Position numbers and translations under genes: made by a program
From: an uncultured Gemmatimonadales bacterium
GTDB taxonomy: Bacteria > Gemmatimonadota > Gemmatimonadetes > Gemmatimonadales > Gemmatimonadaceae
Assembly (NCBI GenBank): GCA_963701965.1
Contig: OY969695.1
Coordinates: 672,001-736,000 of the forward strand
Length of the DNA stretch: 64,000 bases
Reading direction: 5' to 3'
The notes under the pieces: generated by a model
Database searches by the model: none
Told to the model about the DNA's origin: nothing
The model's input: only the letters and a program-made list of their open reading frames with translations
Shown here: positions 57,021-64,000 of the stretch, piece after piece
Layout: each line of letters opens with the position of its first letter
Numbering within the stretch: the stretch's first letter is position 1

Positions 57021-58688
57021 ATGGCTCCCGCGCTGGGCGCCGGACTTCGCAGGCGACAACTGACGTATGTACTAGAGCTCGTCGTACTGACGACAGTGTA
57101 CGTCGTTGCGGCGCGTTTCGGCTTCGCCTTCAATCTGGTGTCGGGGTTCGCGGCGCTCGTCTGGCCAGCCACCGGGATTTCGCTCGCTGCGCTCCTGATC
57201 TTCGGCTACCGCCTCTGGCCCGCGGTGCTGCTCGGTGCGGCCATCGCCAACGTGCTCTTCGGCGCTCCGCTCGCGGTCGCGCTCTCTACCGGTGCCGGCA
57301 ACGCACTGGAAGCGTTGATTGGGGCGTATGCCCTGCGCTCCGTCCCCGGTTTTCGCCGCGCGCTCGACCGTGTTTCCAATGTTCTGGCGCTCATACTCCT
57401 TGCAGGCATGGCAAGCACGACGGTCAGCGCCACCGTAGGGGTATTCGCACTGCATTTGGCCGGCCTGGTGGCCGCCGATGCGCTCGGTGATACGTGGCGC
57501 AACTGGTGGCTTGGCGATTTTAACGGTGTCTTGGTAGTCGCGCCGTTATTGCTCGTGTGGTCAACGCGGATCCGCCACCCATTGAGTGCTCGGCGCATCT
57601 CGGAGGCCGTTGTACTCGGGATCTGCATAGTCGCTGCAACCGCATTCATATTCGCTCGATCGCCTAGGACCTACTCGCCGCTCCATTCTCCGTATCTGCT
57701 GTTCACGCTCTTGATCTGGGCCGCGGTGCGATTCGGGCAGCGAGGAGTCGTCGCCGCCACACCGCTCATTGCCGCACTAGCCGTCTGGGCAACCGCGCTG
57801 GGCCACGGCCCATTCGTGCAGTCGGCACCCTACAACGGCCTGCTGGCCCTTCAGCTCTTCATGGCCGTCACCGCCGCGACATTTCTTCTGCTTGGTGCCG
57901 CCTTTTCCGAACAGCAGCACGTAACCGCTGCCTTGGAGGAATCGTTGGTCGAACAGAAACGCCTCTATGAGGCGGTCGCCGACGCCAACCAGGCCAAGAC
58001 GCAATTCATGGCGGTGATGAGCCACGAGCTGCGAACACCGTTAAATGCGATCGCCGGCTACGTTGAGCTCATCGACGCCGGCATCCATGGTCCTGTCACG
58101 CCGCAACAAAAGGCGGATCTCGCCCGCATCCGACGGAGTGAGCGTCGCTTGCTCTCGGTCGTGAACGACATCCTCAACTTCACGAAGCTCGACGCGGGTC
58201 ACCTCGACTATCATTTTGAGAACATCCCGTTGGAACGCATTCTGGGTACCCTCGATGATCTCATTCGTCCACAGCTCGAGGGGAAGCGTCTCAACTACCT
58301 GCTCGGCGATTTCGATCCCCATACGCTGGTACGCGCCGACTCGGAGAAGGTCGAGCAGATCCTCCTCAACCTCCTGTCCAACGCGATCAAGTTCACGCCG
58401 CCTGGTGGCTCGATCCATGTCTCGTGCGACGTCTTCGATGATCGCATCGTAATGTCAGTGCGCGACACCGGCCGCGGCATAGCTCCCGAGAAGCTCCTAC
58501 GAATCTTCGATCCGTTCGTCCAGGTGGATCGACGTCTCGCCAATCCGCAGGACGGTGTGGGTCTGGGGCTCGCGATAAGCCGGGCGCTCGCCCATGCCAT
58601 GCGAGGGGAGCTGTCGGTTCAGAGCGCACCTGGCGTCGGCTCCACCTTCAGCCTCTCGCTTCCGCGGGCCGAGGACGATCGGCAGTGA
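57021..58688 (+). CDS. MASE1-domain sensor histidine kinase
   Basis: VWPATGI, WWLGD, WAAVRFG; MSHELRTPLNAI, NLLSNAIKFT, DTGRGI, IFDPF, GVGLGL. Confidence 0.93.
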   Translation: MAPALGAGLRRRQLTYVLELVVLTTVYVVAARFGFAFNLVSGFAALVWPATGISLAALLIFGYRLWPAVLLGAAIANVLFGAPLAVALSTGAGNALEALIGAYALRSVPGFRRALDRVSNVLALILLAGMASTTVSATVGVFALHLAGLVAADALGDTWRNWWLGDFNGVLVVAPLLLVWSTRIRHPLSARRISEAVVLGICIVAATAFIFARSPRTYSPLHSPYLLFTLLIWAAVRFGQRGVVAATPLIAALAVWATALGHGPFVQSAPYNGLLALQLFMAVTAATFLLLGAAFSEQQHVTAALEESLVEQKRLYEAVADANQAKTQFMAVMSHELRTPLNAIAGYVELIDAGIHGPVTPQQKADLARIRRSERRLLSVVNDILNFTKLDAGHLDYHFENIPLERILGTLDDLIRPQLEGKRLNYLLGDFDPHTLVRADSEKVEQILLNLLSNAIKFTPPGGSIHVSCDVFDDRIVMSVRDTGRGIAPEKLLRIFDPFVQVDRRLANPQDGVGLGLAISRALAHAMRGELSVQSAPGVGSTFSLSLPRAEDDRQ

Positions 58689-59004
58689 GCACTAGCGCGT
58701 AGACTGCCGAACCATCAAGTCATCTCCACACACCGTCGCGAACGTCGCGTACGGCTTCGTCTCCAAGAGTCTCGTCAGCCGCGAGAACAGCCAACCGCCA
58801 GCGGACCAAGCCGTGAGCCGGGTCTGGAATCAGGTCAACCAACGCGCACGGACCTGGCGGCTGACCCGGCCAAGGACGGCGCCGGGCGGTTGGCGATTCC
58901 CACCCGGCGCCGCTCCAGTGCGCCCTGCGGTGACATCGGACGCCTGGCGCCCTCAGCCAAAAGACGCGTCAGCGCTGCCGACGTCGATCCTTAAGTCGCA
59001 CACG

Positions 59005-61329
59005 TCACTCCCGCGCGAGGAGCGCGATGGCCTCCCGATCCAGGTCGACGTACTGCTCGCCCGTCACATTCACCGTCACTTGCTGGATCGTACCTCCCTG
59101 GAAGTCGAACGGCGGCTCATACTCGCTGCTGACGGGGTCGGCCGAATCCCGGCCGATCATCAGGCCCTCGCCCGCGAGCGAGAACTTGCCCGGCTGCGTG
59201 CGCATCGACCCCTGGGCCACCACGTCGTCGCCGATGAACAGCTTCAACGTGCCGTTGGCCACGCCTTTCGGATCCTCCTTCGTCTTGTTGAACTCCATCC
59301 CCACCGTGACCTTGCCCTTCGGCACGGCTTTCGACGAGACGAACTTCTGCTCATCCATGCCCAGAAAGTTGTACGTGTAGTACAGCTTCCCCTGCTTCAT
59401 GAACAACGTATGCCCGCCGAATCGCGACCCCTCGGCCAGGATCACGCCCTGGGCGTCGGGGGCATCGAGCGTCAGGTTGGCGATGATCGAGTACGAGCGA
59501 TTGCGGATGTTGGCCGCCACGCCCTCGCCCACCTCGCTCGTGTGCGGATAGTACGTGTAGCTCGTGCGCGGCTTCGAGGTCGTGGGCCGCGGGGTCAGGA
59601 TGAATTCCAACGCCGTGCGGTCGTCCAACGGGAAGACGTTGTTGCGCCCGGCGACCGCGTACCACCGCGCCACCATCTCCTGCGTCTTCGCCGGCTCCTG
59701 GGCCGCCAGATCCCGGGTTTCCGTCCGGTCCTCGGCAATATGGTACAGCTCCCACACGTCCGACATGAAATGACCTTTCCCCGATAGCGCGCCGTGCCGG
59801 GCGACGACCTTCCACCCATCGTAGTACAGCGCCCGCGTACCCAGCATCTCGTAGTATTGGGTCTTCCGCGTGCTCGCGACTTTCCCGTCCGCGAACGTGT
59901 ATCGCATGCTCGCGCCTTGAATCGGGATCTGCGTGTAGCCCTTGACCACATCCGGGGGCTCGATCCCGGCGCAATCGTAGATCGTCGGGACGAGGTCGAT
60001 GGCGTGGTGGTACTGATCGCGGACCCCGCCGCCCTGCTTCATTTCCTTTCGCCAGGAAATGATCAGCGGATCGGCGATCCCGCCCTCCAACGAGTAGCGC
60101 TTGAACATCTTGTATGGCGTGTTGAACGCCCACGCCCATCCGGTTGGATAATGATTGTACGTGTTCGGACTCCCCAGTTGATCGATCTGGGCCAGGTTGT
60201 CCTTGAGACTGTCGGGCCACCCGTTGAAGAACTTGTTCTCGTTGACTGACCCGTTCGGGCTGCCTTCCCCGCTCGCCCCGTTATCGGACATCGCGACGAT
60301 AATCGTGTTGTCCATCTGGCCGGACGCCTCGAGATAGTCCAGTAGCCGCCCGAGCTCGTGATCCGTGTAGCTCGAAAACCCGGCATAGACCTCGGCCATC
60401 CGCGCGAAGAGCCGCTTCTGATCCGCCGACAGGCCGTTCCACGGCAGCACCTGGTCGGAATCGGCAATGACGTCGGGCCACGGCCAGGGGTTGATGGGCG
60501 ATAGCTCGGTGCTGGCGGGGACGATCCCCATCTCTTTCTGCCGCGCCAACGTTTCCTCGCGGTACTTCTCGTACCCCGCGTCAAACTGACCCTTGTACTT
60601 GTCGGCCCACTCTTTCGGCGAATGATGCGGCGCGTGGTTGGCGCCGAACGCCAGATAGGTGAACCACGGTTTGTCCGGTGCGACCTGCTGGCCATCCTGG
60701 ATGAACTGGATCGCCTTATCCACGAGGTCCTTGCTCAGGTGATACCCCTCCTCGGGCGACGCCGGCGGTTCGATGAAATGATTGTCGTAGACCAAGTCGG
60801 GATACCAGTTGTTCGTCTCACCGCCCAGAAATCCGTAATACCGCTCGAATCCGCGGCCCGTCGGCCAGGTCCGCTTGGACCCCGCCATGCTGGACTCCGT
60901 CTCGGGCGTCAGGTGCCACTTGCCGACGCAATACGTGTTGTAGCCGTTCTCGACCAGCACTTCGGCAATCGTCCCGCATTCCATCGGAATCACGCCACTG
61001 TGCCCGGGAAACCCTGAAGTCGCTTCGGTGATGACGGCCATGTTGTTCGTGTGACAATTCCGCCCAGTCATGAAGCACGACCGCGTCGGCGAACAGAGCG
61101 CCGTCGTGTGCCAGTTGGTAAAGCGCAATCCCGCATCGGCAATGCGTTTGAGATTGGGCATCCGGATCAGACCGCCGAACACATCCCAGGCGGCGATACC
61201 GGTGTCATCAATGATCACATAGAGAACATTGGGCGACCCGCCTTTCGCCGTCGGCGCCTCGAAGGGCCCCCAGTCCGGCGTCGACTCACGCGTGTCGAGG
61301 TCGATCGTACCCTTAAACGGCTTGGCCAT
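59005..61329 (-). CDS. Arylsulfatase (FGly-dependent)
   Basis: PNVLYVIIDD, ALCSPTRS (CxPxR), GKWHL, HAPH, SDNGAS, WELY; start ATG 61329. Confidence 0.95.
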   Translation of the reverse strand: MAKPFKGTIDLDTRESTPDWGPFEAPTAKGGSPNVLYVIIDDTGIAAWDVFGGLIRMPNLKRIADAGLRFTNWHTTALCSPTRSCFMTGRNCHTNNMAVITEATSGFPGHSGVIPMECGTIAEVLVENGYNTYCVGKWHLTPETESSMAGSKRTWPTGRGFERYYGFLGGETNNWYPDLVYDNHFIEPPASPEEGYHLSKDLVDKAIQFIQDGQQVAPDKPWFTYLAFGANHAPHHSPKEWADKYKGQFDAGYEKYREETLARQKEMGIVPASTELSPINPWPWPDVIADSDQVLPWNGLSADQKRLFARMAEVYAGFSSYTDHELGRLLDYLEASGQMDNTIIVAMSDNGASGEGSPNGSVNENKFFNGWPDSLKDNLAQIDQLGSPNTYNHYPTGWAWAFNTPYKMFKRYSLEGGIADPLIISWRKEMKQGGGVRDQYHHAIDLVPTIYDCAGIEPPDVVKGYTQIPIQGASMRYTFADGKVASTRKTQYYEMLGTRALYYDGWKVVARHGALSGKGHFMSDVWELYHIAEDRTETRDLAAQEPAKTQEMVARWYAVAGRNNVFPLDDRTALEFILTPRPTTSKPRTSYTYYPHTSEVGEGVAANIRNRSYSIIANLTLDAPDAQGVILAEGSRFGGHTLFMKQGKLYYTYNFLGMDEQKFVSSKAVPKGKVTVGMEFNKTKEDPKGVANGTLKLFIGDDVVAQGSMRTQPGKFSLAGEGLMIGRDSADPVSSEYEPPFDFQGGTIQQVTVNVTGEQYVDLDREAIALLARE

Positions 61330-61559
61330 ACGGCACACTCTCGAGGGCGAAATGGGTAAGCACTGCAGAACGACGGCCGTACCCTGTGAGTATGCGGTCG
61401 TAGAACGAGTTCGCCGTATTGGACCTTGGTGGTTGGCGGGCACGTGCGCAGTCGAACGCCCGATCCGCGTCGTCCTGCTTTGGAAGTCCCTGACGAACGC
61501 CTGAGATCAGCGCGGCGCGAGCAATGCGTCGAGGCTCCGGGGATGATAGGATCAGGGCG

Positions 61560-61762
61560 ACCGTCGCAAAAAGGCGACGCGAGGAACGTCGAGAAGCGGG
61601 TCGTCCCGACCCATTCTGTTACGTGCGCGCTCAACGATTCCACTTGGAACACGGGAGCCAGCGGGTCGAGCCTCGCGACCGCGCGTTGAAGCGTCGCGGT
61701 CAGCCCCTCGGGCTTGCCGTGGGTCCGCACGGCGATGACGACGGTGTTGAGACGGAACGCGC
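61560..61762 (-). pseudogene. Internal fragment of an ADOP/MacB permease gene
   Basis: VVIAVRTHGKPEGLTATLQRAVARLDPLAPVFQVESL...TRFSTFL matches the same region of the intact permease at 28708 (IVIRSA..RHAVAGVDPLLPL..SRF); no start or end. Confidence 0.7.
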
Positions 61763-64000
61763 TCAGCCTGGACTCCGACTCCCAAGTGGGAGTTCGACCG
61801 TGAACGCCGAGCCGTTGGCTGCGACGCTACGGACACGCACGTCTCCGCCCATGCCGCGAGCCAGGTCGCGACTGATCGCCAGCCCCAATCCCGTGCCTTC
61901 GGTGACGGCGGTCAACTTTCGCTGCAACTGCACGAACGGGTCGAAAATCGTCTCCTGCTTGTCTCGCGGAATGCCGATGCCAGTGTCTGCGACCCGAATG
62001 AAGCCCACCCCGTGCCGAGGCGCGTCACGCCTCTCCCCGAGCACGGGCGTATCGATCGTGATCTGCCCGCCACGCCCGGTGAACTTGACCGCGTTCGAAA
62101 GCAGGTTCAGGAGGATTTGCTGCAGCTTATCGCGGTCGGCGCGTACAATAAGCTCCGTCGCGACCTGGATGCCGCAGGCGATGCCCTTTGCGGCCATCTG
62201 CGGCTCGATGATCCCGGCGATGTCCGCAACCACCTCGGCGACCGACACGTCCGCGGACGCGAACTCCACGCGTCCGGCCTCCAGTTTGGCGAAATTGAGC
62301 ACGTCGTTGATCAAGGCCAGCAAGTACTGCTGGTTGCGCTGGATCCGTCCCAGCGCGTCACGTTGCAAATCCGTCAGTGGGCCATGGATTCCCAGTTCCA
62401 TGAGCTGCGTGTGGCCGGCGATGGCGTTGAGCGGCGTCCGCAGCTCGTGGCTCATGACGGCGAGGAACTCCGCCTTGGCCGCGTTTGCCTCCTCGGCCCG
62501 CTGACGAGCGGCCTCGGCGTCACCCCAGGCCCGCTCGGCCTCGGAGCGCGCGCGCACCTGATCGGTCAAATCCACGCCGTGGACAAAGACACCCGACCGC
62601 GAGTGGTCCGCCTCGACGAGAGGCTGGTAGACGAACGTGACGAACCGCTGCTCGAACGGGCCTCCGGGTGTCCGCTGCAGCGCGATCGGCAGCTCGTGGC
62701 CGACGAACGACTCCCCCGTCGCGAGCACACGATCCAGCAGGGCGAAGTAATCCGTCGCTTCTGGGATCGCCTCGCGAACCGGCCGTCCGACGAGCTCTCG
62801 GAAACCCACGAGCTGATGGTAGGCATCATTCGCCATCTCGAACACGTGCTCGGGTCCGCGCAGCACACAGATGAACGTGGGTGCTTTGCGGAACACGTCC
62901 GCCAGCCGCACCTGCTCCACCTGCAGCCGGCTGTGCGCCTCGGCCAGCCGGGCGTGTGCGTCCATCACCTCGGCGGCCGCACGCGCGCGCGCCCGCGAGA
63001 GGGCGAGGTGCGCGCCGACGCGAGCGACGAGCTCGCGCGCGGAGAAGGGTTTGACCAGGTAGTCATCGGCCCCCGCCTTCAACCCCTCGACCCGCGATTC
63101 CTCGCCGGCTCGCGCCGAAACCAGAATGACGGGCACCGCGGCCGTTGCCACATCGCTCCGCAGCGCGCGGAGCAGCGCGAACCCGTCCCGTCCGGGCATC
63201 ATGACATCCGTCAGTACGAGGTCGGGCGCGCACCCTGAGGCTGTCCGCTCCCGTACGGCGTCGAGCGCCGCATCACCGTCGGCGGCGGTCTCGACGAACC
63301 AGCCTTGCTCGCGCAACAGGCGCCCCATGTATTGGCGCATGTCGGCGTTGTCATCGACGACCAGGATAGCGGGCGGCGACCCCACGGGCGATGGGGACTC
63401 CGTCAACACCGGATCGGCACCAGTCGTGACGGTATCCGCGTGTCGCGGCTCGTCCTCATCGGGAAGCCAGCGCAGCGCCTCCGCGACAAACGGCGCCGCG
63501 CCGTGGGAGACAGGCCGGCGGTCGCCAGCAGCCGTCGACGCGTGGACGTGCTCCCGAGGCAGGTGCGCGGAGCCGAACGGCATGGTGACGGTGAATGTCG
63601 CACCGGCGCCGTGCTGACTCGCGGCGCTGATCGTGCCGCCGTGGAGTCGGACGAGCTCCTGCACGAGCGCAAGCCCAATGCCAGTGCCCTCGTGTGTCCG
63701 GCTGCGCGTGTTCGGCAGGCGGTGGAACCGCTCGAAGACGCGCGTCAATTCGGCCGCCGGGATCCCAATGCCCGTATCGCGCACCACGAGATCGACGTGG
63801 TCCCCCCGGGCGCGGATGCTCACCGCAATCTCACCCTCGAACGTGTGCTTGAACGCGTTCGACAGCAGGTTGAGGACGATCTTTTCCCACATTGTGCGGT
63901 CGACGTGCACCGCCCCGCGTTCCACGGGCAGTGGTGGCGTATCGACGACGAGGGAGAGCCCGGCGCTCTCGACCGCAGAGCGGAACGTGCTCGCCAACTC
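61763..64000 (-). CDS. Hybrid sensor kinase, partial (HATPase-REC-PAS-HisKA-HATPase); 5' end beyond the window
   Basis: WEKIVLNLLSNAFK, GTGIGL, ILVVDDNADMR, DVMMP, KPFS, GPEHVFEMAN, MSHELRTPLNAI, GTGLGL. Confidence 0.93.
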   Translation of the reverse strand, partial: ELASTFRSAVESAGLSLVVDTPPLPVERGAVHVDRTMWEKIVLNLLSNAFKHTFEGEIAVSIRARGDHVDLVVRDTGIGIPAAELTRVFERFHRLPNTRSRTHEGTGIGLALVQELVRLHGGTISAASQHGAGATFTVTMPFGSAHLPREHVHASTAAGDRRPVSHGAAPFVAEALRWLPDEDEPRHADTVTTGADPVLTESPSPVGSPPAILVVDDNADMRQYMGRLLREQGWFVETAADGDAALDAVRERTASGCAPDLVLTDVMMPGRDGFALLRALRSDVATAAVPVILVSARAGEESRVEGLKAGADDYLVKPFSARELVARVGAHLALSRARARAAAEVMDAHARLAEAHSRLQVEQVRLADVFRKAPTFICVLRGPEHVFEMANDAYHQLVGFRELVGRPVREAIPEATDYFALLDRVLATGESFVGHELPIALQRTPGGPFEQRFVTFVYQPLVEADHSRSGVFVHGVDLTDQVRARSEAERAWGDAEAARQRAEEANAAKAEFLAVMSHELRTPLNAIAGHTQLMELGIHGPLTDLQRDALGRIQRNQQYLLALINDVLNFAKLEAGRVEFASADVSVAEVVADIAGIIEPQMAAKGIACGIQVATELIVRADRDKLQQILLNLLSNAVKFTGRGGQITIDTPVLGERRDAPRHGVGFIRVADTGIGIPRDKQETIFDPFVQLQRKLTAVTEGTGLGLAISRDLARGMGGDVRVRSVAANGSAFTVELPLGSRSPG

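Noticed and set aside
1..64000. CRISPR array, rRNA, transposase/IS, integrase, prophage genes
   Set aside because: No regularly spaced repeats and no such protein motifs seen on either strand

Overview
High-GC bacterial chromosomal window. Gene content points to Gemmatimonadota or a similar soil lineage (inference): PadR + ADOP permease, SusC/SusD pair, Ig-like/PD40 and VPS10-like secreted proteins, DUF305+LVIVD pair. It holds about 50 CDS, mostly accessory functions: amino-acid and sulfur metabolism, secreted hydrolases, ArsR/SRPBCC modules, two toxin-antitoxin pairs, two ECF sigma factors, two histidine kinases and an arylsulfatase. No rRNA, intact tRNA, CRISPR array, transposase or integrase is visible. 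Main observations: (1) a lower-GC block at ~36.3-42.7 kb carrying higBA and an Hhe-type DUF4011-helicase-nuclease defence gene, bounded by integron attC-like signals, possibly an integrase-less cassette cluster with a very large inverted defence cassette; (2) three identically spaced copies of an ECF-type promoter linking two sigma-factor modules and a secreted protein, with a membrane anti-sigma candidate carrying a YciI-like domain; (3) a small Tat-lipoprotein, GatC-like, coupled to a signal-less amidase; (4) a recurrent CATCG->CATTG/TATCG change at conserved codons, suggesting a methylation-linked sequencing error or mutation signature; (5) a single-base frameshift in susC and several gene remnants. 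Family calls come from motif recognition by eye, not from database searches.
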